Shown piece after piece: positions 10,471 to 19,515 of a DNA stretch of 64,000 nucleotides. How positions within the stretch are numbered: position 1 is the first letter of the stretch; every line of letters starts with the position of its first letter. The stretch lies in the NCBI GenBank assembly GCA_964582105.1, contig CAZOQI010000045.1, positions 15,655-79,654 on the forward strand, written 5' to 3'. Origin of the DNA: an uncultured Solirubrobacteraceae bacterium. GTDB lineage: Bacteria > Actinomycetota > Thermoleophilia > Solirubrobacterales > Solirubrobacteraceae. A program made the translations under genes and the position numbers. A model generated the notes under the pieces. The model saw nothing but the letters and a program-made list of their open reading frames with translations. It was not told where the DNA came from and searched no databases.

Positions 10471-11213
10471 CCGGCGACCCTCAACGGCTCGGCGATGGCG
10501 TGCACCGAGATGTCCCCGAAGCTCTCGGCCTGCTCCCAGCGCGCTTCCCCGCGGCGGTAGAGCTCCAGAAGGGCGAAGACGGTGACGGCCACGGTCATGC
10601 GGTCGGCCCCGAGGACGGCCTCCTCGAAGGTGAAGCGCCCCCGCCGCAAAAGGCCCCGCAGGTGCGCGAGGCGCTCGACGACGCTGACGCGCGGAACGAG
10701 GATGTGGCGCAGGCTGATGGCGGGGGGCATGTGCAATAGGCGCCCGATCGACTCGCCCAGCAGCGCCGGGTCCTGGGAGCCTTCCACGGGCTCGGCGGCG
10801 GCGGCGCGGCGCAGCTGCGGCGGCAGGGGGACGGAGCGGAAGCGCACGCCGTGCTCGGCGGCGAAGAGCTCGCGCAGGTGCGCGGCGGCGGCGCGGTAGC
10901 GGCGCGCGTCGAGCATTTTCGCCAGCAGCTCCTCGGCGGCCTCGCCCGGTTCGATGTCGAGCAGCTCCTCGTCCTCGCCTGAGAGCATCAGCCTTGACTT
11001 GAGCTCCAGGAGCGCGGCGATGAGCACGATGAACTCCGTCGCGCTCTCCAGGTCGAGCTCGCCGGAGGACTCCAGGTGGTCGAGATAGGCGAGCACCACG
11101 TCGGCGAGCTGCAGCTCGAAGAGGTCGATCTCCTCGCGCAGGACGAGCGTGAGCAGCAGGTCGAAGGGGCCGGTGAAGACGTCGAGGTCCAGCTCCAGCG
11201 TTGCGATGCTCAT
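10467..11213 (-). CDS. scpA: SMC-Scp complex subunit ScpA
   Basis: FTGPFDLLLTL, LLELKSRLML, FALLEL..Q.E.FGDI. Confidence 0.93.
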   Translation of the reverse strand: MSIATLELDLDVFTGPFDLLLTLVLREEIDLFELQLADVVLAYLDHLESSGELDLESATEFIVLIAALLELKSRLMLSGEDEELLDIEPGEAAEELLAKMLDARRYRAAAAHLRELFAAEHGVRFRSVPLPPQLRRAAAAEPVEGSQDPALLGESIGRLLHMPPAISLRHILVPRVSVVERLAHLRGLLRRGRFTFEEAVLGADRMTVAVTVFALLELYRRGEARWEQAESFGDISVHAIAEPLRVAG

Positions 11214-12256
11214 GGCGCTGAAGGTAGCGCAGAGGGGGGACGTGGCGAGGCCGCGGAGGGGAGACCGGGCGCTCCGACTCCCATGTGGTGGCGCACGTCG
11301 GCGAGCGTGGGCGCGGCGATCGCGCGCGCCTTCCCGGCCCCCTGCGCGAGCGTGCGCTCCAGCGCGGGCTCATCGGCGCGCAGCTGCTCGTAGCGCTCGC
11401 GCACGGGCTGCAGGTGCTCGACGACCGCGGCGGCGACGGCCTGCTTGAACTCGCCATAGCGCGCGGCGGCGAACTCGGCTTCGATCGCCTCGGGATCGAC
11501 ACCCCGCACGGCCGCGAGGATCTCGATGAGGTTGGCGATGCCGGGCTTCTCGGGCTCGCGGCGGATCTCGCTGCCGGAGTCGGTGACGGCGCTCCTGAGC
11601 TTCTTCTCGATGACCTCGGGGCTGTCGAGCACGAGCACGGTGCCCTGCGGGGTGCCGCCCGTTGTGGACATCTTGCGCTCGGGCGCCTGCAGGTCCATGA
11701 TGCGCGCGCCCACCGCGGGGATGCGGTGCTCGGGCACCACCAGCACCTCCCGGCCCTCGCCGAAGCGCGCGTTGAAGCGCCGCGCGACGTCGCGCATCAG
11801 CTCCAGGTGCTCGCGCTGATCCTCGCCCACGGGGACCTCCTGCGCGCGATAGGCGAGCACGTCGGCGGCCTGCAGCACCGGGTAGACGAGCAGCCCCGCC
11901 GAGACCAGCTCGCGCTGGGCGAGGGACTTGTCGCGGAACTGGTGCATGCGCTGCAGGCGCCCCAGCTCCGTCACCGAGGACAGCAGCCAGCAGAGCTCGC
12001 TGTGCTCGGGCACGTCCCCCTGGCGGAAGAGAATGCAGCGCTCGGGATCGAGGCCCGCCGCCAGGAGCAGTGCCAGCAGGTCGTAGATGCTGCGCCGCAG
12101 CTCGGCGGGCTCATAGGGCACCGTGATGGCGTGCAGATCGACGATGCAGTAGAGCGCCTCGCCGCGGTGCTGCCCCGCGACGTACTGCGAGATGGCGCCG
12201 ATGTAGTTGCCCAGGTGCTTGCTGCCGGTGGGCTGGATGCCGGAGAAGATGCGCAT
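11210..12256 (-). CDS. trpS: tryptophan--tRNA ligase
   Basis: SGIQPTG..HLGNY, VPVGEDQ, KMSTT. Confidence 0.96.
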   Translation of the reverse strand: MRIFSGIQPTGSKHLGNYIGAISQYVAGQHRGEALYCIVDLHAITVPYEPAELRRSIYDLLALLLAAGLDPERCILFRQGDVPEHSELCWLLSSVTELGRLQRMHQFRDKSLAQRELVSAGLLVYPVLQAADVLAYRAQEVPVGEDQREHLELMRDVARRFNARFGEGREVLVVPEHRIPAVGARIMDLQAPERKMSTTGGTPQGTVLVLDSPEVIEKKLRSAVTDSGSEIRREPEKPGIANLIEILAAVRGVDPEAIEAEFAAARYGEFKQAVAAAVVEHLQPVRERYEQLRADEPALERTLAQGAGKARAIAAPTLADVRHHMGVGAPGLPSAASPRPPSALPSAP

Positions 12257-12260
12257 CGGC

Positions 12261-13841
12261 TCAGAGCGCCTGGCGGATCACCGGGCGCTTGGCCGCGGCG
12301 ACCTCGTCCAGGCGCCGCACGGGCGTGGTGTAGGGCGCGTTGCGCGCGATCTCCGGATCCGCGGCGGCCTCGCGCAGGATCGCGGCGATGGCATCGGCGA
12401 AGGCGTCGAGCGTCTCGCGCGTCTCGGTCTCGGTGGGCTCGACCATCAGGGCCTCCTCGACGAGCAGCGGGAAGTAGACGGTGGGCGGGTGAAAGCCGTG
12501 GTCGAGCAGGCGCTTGGCGAGATCCAGGGTCTTCAGGTGAAGCTCGCGCTTCATGGGGCCGCCGGAGAGGACGAACTCGTGCAGGCACAGCCTGCCGTAG
12601 GCGAGCGGCAGGTACTCCGCGACGCCTGCCTCGCGCAGGCGCGCGAGCAGATAGTTGGCGTTCAGGACGGCGGTCTCGGAGGCGTCCTTCAGGCCCTCGG
12701 CGCCGAGCGAGCAGATGTAGGCGTAGGCGCGCACGAAGCAGCCGTAGTTGCCCTGGAAGCCGCGCAGGCGGCCGATTGACTTGGACCCCACCCGCCCCCC
12801 CACCCAACCCTCCCCCCGCCGCCGGTTGTGGTCGAGATCGAAGCTGGGAGGCGCGTCCCCGGCGGCTTTCCCGTTGGACCGGGCATCCTCCGCCTCGCGC
12901 CGCACGACGATCGGCAGCGGCAGATACGGCGCGATGCGCTCGGACACCGCGATCGGCCCCGACCCGGGCCCGCCCCCGCCGTGGGGCTGGGTGAAGGACT
13001 TGTGCAGGTTGAAGTGGACGATGTCAAAGCCCATGTCCCCGGGGCGGGAGAGGCCCATGATGGCATTGAGGTTGGCGCCGTCGTAGTAGAGCGTGGCCCC
13101 CACCCCGTGCACGATCTCGGCGATCTCGGCGATGTTGGGGTCGAACAGGCCGAGGGTGTTCGGGTTGGTGAGCATCAGGCAGGCGACGTCCTCGTCGGCC
13201 TTCGTGCGCAGGTCGTCCAGGTCGATGCCTCCCTCGGCGTTGGTGGCGAGCGCGAGGACCTCGAAGCCGGCCATCGTCACCGTTGCCGGGTTGGTCCCGT
13301 GCGCCGTGTCCGGGGTGAGGATCTTGTGGCGCGTCTCCCCCCGATCCTCGTGGTAGGCGCGCGTGAGCAGCACGCCCGCGAGCTCCCCGTGCGAGCCGGC
13401 AGAGGGCTGCAAAGAGACGTGCGGCAGGCCCGACACCTCCGCCAGGGCCTGCTGGAGGTTGTACATCAGCTCCAGCGCCCCCTGCGCGCGCGCGGTGTCC
13501 TGCAGGGGGTGCAGGCGGGCATGGCCCGGGAGCGCGGCGACGCGCTCGTGCAGGCGCGGGTTGTGCTTCATCGTGCAGGAGCCCAGCGGGTAGAAGCCGG
13601 AGTCAAGGTCGAAGTTGCGCTTTGACAAACGTACGTAGTGGCGCACGAGCTCGGGCTCTGAGACCTCGGGCAGCCGCGGCGGCGTGGCGCGCAGCAGATG
13701 GGCGGGCAGCAGCTCGGCGGGGTCCACCTCCGGCACGTCCAGGGCGGGGCACTGAAAGGCCCGCCGCCCGGGAGCGCCGCGCTCGAAGATCGTCACGGCT
13801 GCTTCGCGCTGCATGGGCGTCTCGGTCGCTGTCTCGCTCAC
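12261..13841 (-). CDS. gcvPB: glycine dehydrogenase subunit 2
   Basis: YPLGSCTMKHNP, HGTNPAT, NLHKSFTQPHGGGGPG. Confidence 0.95.
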   Translation of the reverse strand: MSETATETPMQREAAVTIFERGAPGRRAFQCPALDVPEVDPAELLPAHLLRATPPRLPEVSEPELVRHYVRLSKRNFDLDSGFYPLGSCTMKHNPRLHERVAALPGHARLHPLQDTARAQGALELMYNLQQALAEVSGLPHVSLQPSAGSHGELAGVLLTRAYHEDRGETRHKILTPDTAHGTNPATVTMAGFEVLALATNAEGGIDLDDLRTKADEDVACLMLTNPNTLGLFDPNIAEIAEIVHGVGATLYYDGANLNAIMGLSRPGDMGFDIVHFNLHKSFTQPHGGGGPGSGPIAVSERIAPYLPLPIVVRREAEDARSNGKAAGDAPPSFDLDHNRRRGEGWVGGRVGSKSIGRLRGFQGNYGCFVRAYAYICSLGAEGLKDASETAVLNANYLLARLREAGVAEYLPLAYGRLCLHEFVLSGGPMKRELHLKTLDLAKRLLDHGFHPPTVYFPLLVEEALMVEPTETETRETLDAFADAIAAILREAAADPEIARNAPYTTPVRRLDEVAAAKRPVIRQAL

Positions 13842-15241
13842 GATGCCCCCACCGCCTGCCCCTGGCGCTCCGCCGCTACCGCTGCCCCGAGAACCTCGGC
13901 GAGGCGGTCGATGTGCGCGCGCGTGCGCCGCTCGGTGATGGCCACGAGCAGCCCGCCCCGGTCCTGCTCGCGCCCGGTCAGCGCATGCAGGTCGGCGCCG
14001 GGATTGACGCCCTGCGCGGCGCAGCGCTCCCTGACGGCGGCCACGTCGGCATCGAGGCGCAGGGCGAACTCGCGCACGGCCGGCTGTGAGAGGGGGTGCA
14101 GCGCCTCGACGCCCTCCAGCGCGACCAGCGCACTGCGCGCATAGTGCGTGCGCGCGAGCAGCAGCCGGCCCAGCTCGACGAACCCCCGGCGTCCGAGCCA
14201 CGCCAGGTGGACGACGCCGGCGAGCGCGTTCAGCGCCTGCGAGGTGCAGATGTTGGAGGTGGCCTTGGCGCGGCGAATGTGCTGCTCGCGCGTCTGCAGC
14301 GTGAGGACGAACCCGCGGCGCCCGTCCACGTCGCGCGTTTCCCCGGCGATGCGCCCGGGCATGCGCCGCAGGAACTCCTCGCGGGCGGCGAAGAAGCCGA
14401 AGGAGGGTCCGCCGTAGTCCAGGCGATTGCCCAAGGACTGCCCCTCCCCCACGGCGACGTCCACCCCGCACTCGCCCGGCGGGGCGAGCAGGCCGAGCGT
14501 GATTGGATCGACCTGGGCGACGACGACGGGCGACGCCTCTGAGGCGCCCTTGGCGATGGCGCTGAGCGCGGGGGCGTCCTCGACGAGACCGTAGAGGTTG
14601 GGCTGCGCGAAGAAGACCGCGCCGGTGTCGCCATCGATCGCGTCCGACCAGGCATCCACGTCGGTGAGCCCGTCCCGCAGGGGCGCCTCGACCACCTCGG
14701 CCCCGAAGCCGTGCGCGTAGGTGCGCAGCGTGGCGAGCGAGTGCGGGTGCAGCCCCGCGGAGGCGACCAAGCGCGAGCGCCCGTTGTGCAGCTTGGCCAT
14801 GTACCCGGCGGAGGCCACCGCCGAGGGCCCCTCGTACACGGAGGCGTTGGACACAGGCAGCCCCGTCAGCTCGGAGATGGCCGTCTGATACTCGAACATG
14901 ACCTGCAGACCCCCCTGCGAGATCTCCGGCTGGTAGGGCGTGTAGGGCGTGAGGAACTCCGAGCGCTCCAGGAGCATGTCAACGAGGGCGGGAACGTAGT
15001 GGTCGTACATCCCGGCTCCGAGGAAGCAGAGCTCCTCCTCGGCGCTGACGTTGCGCCGCGCGAGCTCGCGCAGGTGCTCGTAGACATCCTGCTCGGGCAT
15101 GCCCGCGGGCAGATCCAGAGCCCGACCCAGCCGCACGGGCGCGGGAATCTGCGAGTCGAAGATCTCCTGCACCGAGCCCACGCCGATGGCGGCGAGCATG
15201 GCCTGCAGGTCTGCGGGAGTCGTGGCGGTGTAGCGGCTCAA
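13838..15241 (-). CDS. gcvPA: glycine dehydrogenase subunit 1
   Basis: YTPYQPEISQG, QTREQHIRRAKATSNICT. Confidence 0.95.
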   Translation of the reverse strand: MSRYTATTPADLQAMLAAIGVGSVQEIFDSQIPAPVRLGRALDLPAGMPEQDVYEHLRELARRNVSAEEELCFLGAGMYDHYVPALVDMLLERSEFLTPYTPYQPEISQGGLQVMFEYQTAISELTGLPVSNASVYEGPSAVASAGYMAKLHNGRSRLVASAGLHPHSLATLRTYAHGFGAEVVEAPLRDGLTDVDAWSDAIDGDTGAVFFAQPNLYGLVEDAPALSAIAKGASEASPVVVAQVDPITLGLLAPPGECGVDVAVGEGQSLGNRLDYGGPSFGFFAAREEFLRRMPGRIAGETRDVDGRRGFVLTLQTREQHIRRAKATSNICTSQALNALAGVVHLAWLGRRGFVELGRLLLARTHYARSALVALEGVEALHPLSQPAVREFALRLDADVAAVRERCAAQGVNPGADLHALTGREQDRGGLLVAITERRTRAHIDRLAEVLGAAVAAERQGQAVGAS

Positions 15242-15267
15242 GACCCTCTGAGCCTAGCCATTTCCAG

Positions 15268-15657
15268 TCAGGCGCCCAGCGTGGCGGCGTACGCCTCGGC
15301 GTCCATCAGCGCCTCGCGCTCCGCGGGATCGGAGAGGCGCACGCGCACCAGCCAGCCATCCCCGTAGGGATCGTCGTTGATGGCCTGCGGATTCTCAGCG
15401 AGCGCCTCGTTGACCGCGACGATCTCCCCCGAGAGCGGCGCGATGACGTCCGAGACGGCCTTGACCGACTCGACCTCGGCGTAGGGCTCCCCCTGCACGA
15501 GCGCGTTCCCCACCGCGGGCGGCTCGAAGAAGACGACCTCCCCGAGCGCGTCCTGCGCGTACCAGGTGATGCCCAGCGCAGCCTCGCCGTCTTCGATGCG
15601 CGCCCAGTCGTGCTCGGCGTGGTAGAGCAGATCGTCGGGGCAGTTCGCGTCAGCCAT
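15268..15657 (-). CDS. gcvH: glycine cleavage H protein
   Basis: VESVKAVSD lipoyl-Lys motif, INDDPYGDGW. Confidence 0.96.
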   Translation of the reverse strand: MADANCPDDLLYHAEHDWARIEDGEAALGITWYAQDALGEVVFFEPPAVGNALVQGEPYAEVESVKAVSDVIAPLSGEIVAVNEALAENPQAINDDPYGDGWLVRVRLSDPAEREALMDAEAYAATLGA

Positions 15658-15777
15658 CGTCGCCTTGGATGTGGGAGGGGATTTTTTGAGGGGGGCCGCC
15701 GGAGCGGCCCTGTGTTGCCGGTAGGTGGCACTCTAAGGCTTTGTGCTCGCGCAGCGGCCGGTGGGGAGATCTCTGTG

Positions 15778-16182
15778 TCAGCCCCGCAGCCAGTCCTCGC
15801 AGTTGAGACCCGGAACGCGAGCGAAGTGACGGATGTCGCCGGTGAGGAGGGTGGCCCGATGGGCGAGCGCGGTGGCGGCGATGCGCAGGTCGGGGTCGGG
15901 AAGCCGTTTGCCGGCGCGCTCCAGCTCGCCGCGGATGCTCCCGTAGCGCTCGGCCGCATCCCTGTCGAAGGGAAGCACGCGGGTGTTGGACAGCAGCCGC
16001 ATGGCGCGCTCATACAGCTCGGGACGACCGGCGCGGTCGGCGCCGTAGGCCAACTCGCCGATGGTTATGGCCGTCGTCGCCTGCTCGTCCGCAGCGACCT
16101 GTTCAAGCCGCGCCACCAAGCGGGGGGAAGGCCGCGGACGCATGAGGTCGCTGACGACGTCGGTGTCGAGGACGATCGTCAA
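15778..16182 (-). CDS. VapC-like PIN toxin
   Basis: IVLDTDVVS, ITIGEL.YG, DLRIAATA, LLTGD..HF. Confidence 0.88.
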   Translation of the reverse strand: MTIVLDTDVVSDLMRPRPSPRLVARLEQVAADEQATTAITIGELAYGADRAGRPELYERAMRLLSNTRVLPFDRDAAERYGSIRGELERAGKRLPDPDLRIAATALAHRATLLTGDIRHFARVPGLNCEDWLRG

Positions 16183-16490
16183 AGCCGGGGAGCGGGCCGC
16201 GAACGCTGCGTGCCGCGGCTGCGAACCGCATCGGTGAGCGACTCGGCGTACTCCGGAGCGTCCTCGAACGCGCCGACGAGCGCCAGGAAGCCGGAGCGCT
16301 CGGGCTGACTGGGCGCTTCCTGGAGATCCTCGAGTGGAACCAGCGCCGCCATTGGCGTGCCGTTGCGCTCCACGACGTAGCGCTCGCCCTGATAGCGGAC
16401 GGCGCCGAGCACATCGGCGAAGCGCCGCTTGGCCTCCGCCACGCCGATTCTGTTCACCCCCGGCTGTGTGCTCACCCCCGGCTGTGCCAT
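16179..16490 (-). CDS. Phd/YefM-family antitoxin
   Basis: IGVAEAKRRFADVL..V...ERNGTPMAALVP; overlaps toxin start. Confidence 0.82.
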   Translation of the reverse strand: MAQPGVSTQPGVNRIGVAEAKRRFADVLGAVRYQGERYVVERNGTPMAALVPLEDLQEAPSQPERSGFLALVGAFEDAPEYAESLTDAVRSRGTQRSRPAPRL

Positions 16491-16525
16491 GATGTCATCA
16501 TAACACATCGCGTCGGGCATCGCAG

Positions 16526-17650
16526 TCAGCGTACGTCCTCCCTCCTTTTCACGTCTGCCTTCTTGACCACAAACGGCTTGCTGTGCACGGTCGCGGGCCG
16601 CAGGCGCCCGCGCACGTCGATCTGAAGCGGGGTGCCGGCGGCGGCGCGCGCGGCGGGCACGTAGGCGAGGCCGATGCCGACGTTCAGGCAGGGCGAGAGC
16701 GTGCCGCTGGTCACCTCGCCGCCTCCCACGATCGGGTTGCCCTGACGCGCGATGCCGGGCCCGTCCAGGGCGAAGGCGATGAGCTTTTCCGAGGGGCCGG
16801 CCTGGCGCATGGACCGCACCGCATCGGACCCGATGAAGCCGGTGTCCTCCTTGCAGCACCACCCCAGTCCCGCTTCGATCGGGTTGCGCTCGAGCGAGAG
16901 GTCGTTGCCGTAGAGGTGAAAGCAGGCCTCCAGGCGCAGGGTGTCCCGCGCGGCGAGCCCGGCGGGAACGGCGCCTGCGGCCACGAGCGCATCCCACAGC
17001 GCGGGCGCGTCGCCGGGCGCAAGCAGCAGCTCGATGCCGTCCTCGCCGGTGTAGCCCGTTCCGCAGATGAGCGCATCGATGCCCGCAATCGCGCCCTGCG
17101 CGGCCGACATCCGCGCTGGCAACGGCCGCTCAGCGAGCCCCTCTGCTATCTCCCGTGCCCGGGGCCCCTGCACGGCGAGCATGGCGTAATCGTGCAGGCG
17201 ATCCTCGATGTGCACGTCCATGCCGCGCACGTCCATGCCCTCGGCGGCCGCGCGAAACCACGCGAGGTCCCGGGCGTGGTTGGCGGCATTGCTGACGGTG
17301 AGGTAGCGCTGCTCGTCCAGGCGATAGGTGAAGAGGTCGTCGAGCACGCCGCCGTCCTCGCGGCAGAGCACGCTGTACTGAGCGCCGCCCACCGGGATCG
17401 CCGCGACGTCGTTGGAGAGCAGGCGCTGCAGCAGCTCCAGCGCCCGCGGCCCGGAGGTCTCGATCTCGCCCATGTGCGAGACGTCGAAGATCCCGCAGCC
17501 ATCGCGCACGGCCACGTGCTCGGCGCGGATGCCCGCCGGGTACTGCACCGGCATCTCCCAGCCGGCGAAGGGCACGAGCTTGGCGCCGGCCGCGCGGTGG
17601 CGCTCGAACAGGGGGGTGCGCAGCAGCGCGGGAGAGGCGGAGGTGGACAC
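16526..17650 (-). CDS. gcvT: glycine cleavage aminomethyltransferase T
   Basis: PFAGWEMPVQY, FDVSHMG, TGYTGEDG, RDTLRLEA. Confidence 0.96.
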   Translation of the reverse strand: MSTSASPALLRTPLFERHRAAGAKLVPFAGWEMPVQYPAGIRAEHVAVRDGCGIFDVSHMGEIETSGPRALELLQRLLSNDVAAIPVGGAQYSVLCREDGGVLDDLFTYRLDEQRYLTVSNAANHARDLAWFRAAAEGMDVRGMDVHIEDRLHDYAMLAVQGPRAREIAEGLAERPLPARMSAAQGAIAGIDALICGTGYTGEDGIELLLAPGDAPALWDALVAAGAVPAGLAARDTLRLEACFHLYGNDLSLERNPIEAGLGWCCKEDTGFIGSDAVRSMRQAGPSEKLIAFALDGPGIARQGNPIVGGGEVTSGTLSPCLNVGIGLAYVPAARAAAGTPLQIDVRGRLRPATVHSKPFVVKKADVKRREDVR

Positions 17651-17755
17651 CGGGCCAGGCTACCTGACGCCTGAATGTCGCAGGAGCGACGCCCGGCTGC
17701 CGAAGATGCCTGCGACCGGCGCGCGAGCCGGCGAAGAGGGCGCGCGCGCCCGGCC

Positions 17756-17834
17756 AATTTGAGTATTGCGAAAATGTGTGGGAAAATCGAATATTGTGAA
17801 AAAACTGTGGGACAGAAAATCGAATATTGTGAAA
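17756..17834. repeat. AT-rich direct repeats: GAAAATCGAATATTGTGAAA x2 plus one degenerate copy
   Basis: Exact copies at 17782-17801 and 17815-17834; variant core TATTGCGAAA at 17764-17773. Confidence 0.8.
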
Positions 17835-17895
17835 CAGTTTTGCGGAAAAACCGCAGACTTGAAGGTTAACACCGCGTGGCGGCCACAATTCGGAA

Positions 17896-17965
17896 GGAGA
17901 CCGGATGGTCACTGTCGAAGGCCGCGAAAACCCGGGATGCCGCATGTGGCTCCCCTACCAGGGCT
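17896..17965 (+). promoter_or_regulatory. candidate structured 5' leader RNA
   Basis: After CACAAT (17884-17889); GGUCACUG/CAUGUGGCU stem; possible CCCGG/CCAGGG pseudoknot; AAGGAG SD follows. Confidence 0.35.
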
Positions 17966-17986
17966 TTCGAATAATAAGGAGATTCC

Positions 17987-18460
17987 ATGCGCCGGTTTAT
18001 TTTAAGGAAGGCAGCGCTGATCCCGATCGGCGTCGTCGTCGCTGTGGCGGTGGCGGGAATCGCGCTGGCCTACTTCACAAACCTGGGCGCCGGCACGGGC
18101 ACGGCCACGGTGGGGAGCGCCTCGAGCGTCACGCTTCACGGCGCGGTGGCGAGCTCGCTCTTTCCGGGCTCCTCCGCAACTGTCACCTTCACGGTCGACA
18201 ACCCCTCGCTCGGGGTGGAGCTCGTCAACACGATTCACCTGGCGAGCGTCACGCCCGACGCCGGCCACAGCGGCTGCAGCACCGTGATCACCGGAGGCAA
18301 CCCGGACTTCACGATGCCCGACGTGACCGCCAGTCAGAGCTTCCCGCCCGGCAACGGCCAGGCGGTCACCGCCACGGGGACGCTGACCATGCACGAAACG
18401 GGCGTCAACCAGGACGCCTGCCAGGGCGCCACGCTGACGCTGAACCTCACGAGCAGCTAG
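17987..18460 (+). CDS. small secreted fibre-subunit-like protein
   Basis: Signal peptide ending ALAYFT (TasA/SipW-substrate-like), LFPG..VDNP, two Cys, NQDACQGATLTL. Confidence 0.75.
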   Translation: MRRFILRKAALIPIGVVVAVAVAGIALAYFTNLGAGTGTATVGSASSVTLHGAVASSLFPGSSATVTFTVDNPSLGVELVNTIHLASVTPDAGHSGCSTVITGGNPDFTMPDVTASQSFPPGNGQAVTATGTLTMHETGVNQDACQGATLTLNLTSS

Positions 18461-18501
18461 CAAAGGGGTCGCCTGCCCGGAAAAGGGAGGCGAACACGAC
18501 G

Positions 18502-19515
18502 ATGCCGGGGGGCTGGAGCAGGACAATGAGGGGCGCCAGGCGGAGGACCTGCCTGGCGCTGCTCGGCGCCATCGTGGCGTTCGGCAGCGGCGCCTATTCG
18601 GTCTACGCGGCGCTCGCGCCGAGGGGGCGGACCGCGGATGGAACGCCGTCGATCACCGCCAAGCCCCCCAGACGGACGTGGCGGACCTCGGCGCGGTTCG
18701 CCTTCACCGATCGCTGGCGCCACGTGAGCTTTCAGTGCTCGCTGGACGGGGCGCCGTTCTCCCGCTGCGCGAGCCCGGCGCGCTACCCGGCCCCGCTCTT
18801 CGGGGGCTGGCACACCTTCCGGGTGCGAGCGCGGGGCTCATATCCCCGGCGCAAGCTCAGCCCGATCGCCTCATACACGTGGCTGGTCGATCTGCAGCCG
18901 CCGGCGCCCTACATCGCCCGGCACCCCACCGACCCCACGCTGGCGACCGCGGCCACGTTCGCGTTCACCGACGGCGAGCCGCGCGTGCGGTTCAGATGCA
19001 GCCTCGACGCGGGCGCGTGGAGGGCCTGTGCCAGCCCCATCTCCTACCGCGGGCTGGGCATCGGCGAGCACCGCTTCCGCGTGCGCGCGATCGACCCCCC
19101 CGGGCGCCCGAGCCCTATTGCGCCGTTTGACTGGAGCGTGGTGAGACAACTCGGCGAGAAGAGCTTCTCGATCAGCGCCGGCGGCATCACCGGCGGACTG
19201 CTCTATCCGGGCGCCGCTCCCCAGGCGATTCACATCACCCTCGCCAACCCCAACGACGTGCCGATCTTCGTGACAAGCCTGAGCGTGACGGTGCCCAGCG
19301 GTCCCGCCGGCTGCGACAGCGCCACGAACATCCGCCTCGTTCAGTCGGAGGTCTCGAGCGCCGCCCCGATCGCGATCCCCGCCCACGGCTCGATCGCGCT
19401 GCCGGCGCAGGGCCATGCGGCGCCGAGCATCCAGCTCGTGAACCTGCCCGTCAACCAGGACGCCTGCCAGAACGCCCGCTTCCCGCTCAGCTTCACCGGA
19501 AGCGCGCACTCATGA
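18502..19515 (+). CDS. secreted protein with two Ig-like repeats and a C-terminal domain paralogous to the upstream subunit
   Basis: Repeated F.CSLD...W/F..C.SP..Y..L..G.H.FRVRA; C-terminal LYPG..NPN..NQDACQNARF; GGGAGG SD. Confidence 0.72.
   Translation: MPGGWSRTMRGARRRTCLALLGAIVAFGSGAYSVYAALAPRGRTADGTPSITAKPPRRTWRTSARFAFTDRWRHVSFQCSLDGAPFSRCASPARYPAPLFGGWHTFRVRARGSYPRRKLSPIASYTWLVDLQPPAPYIARHPTDPTLATAATFAFTDGEPRVRFRCSLDAGAWRACASPISYRGLGIGEHRFRVRAIDPPGRPSPIAPFDWSVVRQLGEKSFSISAGGITGGLLYPGAAPQAIHITLANPNDVPIFVTSLSVTVPSGPAGCDSATNIRLVQSEVSSAAPIAIPAHGSIALPAQGHAAPSIQLVNLPVNQDACQNARFPLSFTGSAHS

Noticed and set aside
17651..17755. Glycine riboswitch upstream of gcvT
   Set aside because: No glycine-aptamer signature; TAGCCT lies 6 nt before the GTG, suggesting a leaderless transcript.
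17756..17850. CRISPR array or oriC in the AT-rich repeats
   Set aside because: Only 2-3 copies with 8-13 nt gaps, no cas genes, no DnaA boxes seen.
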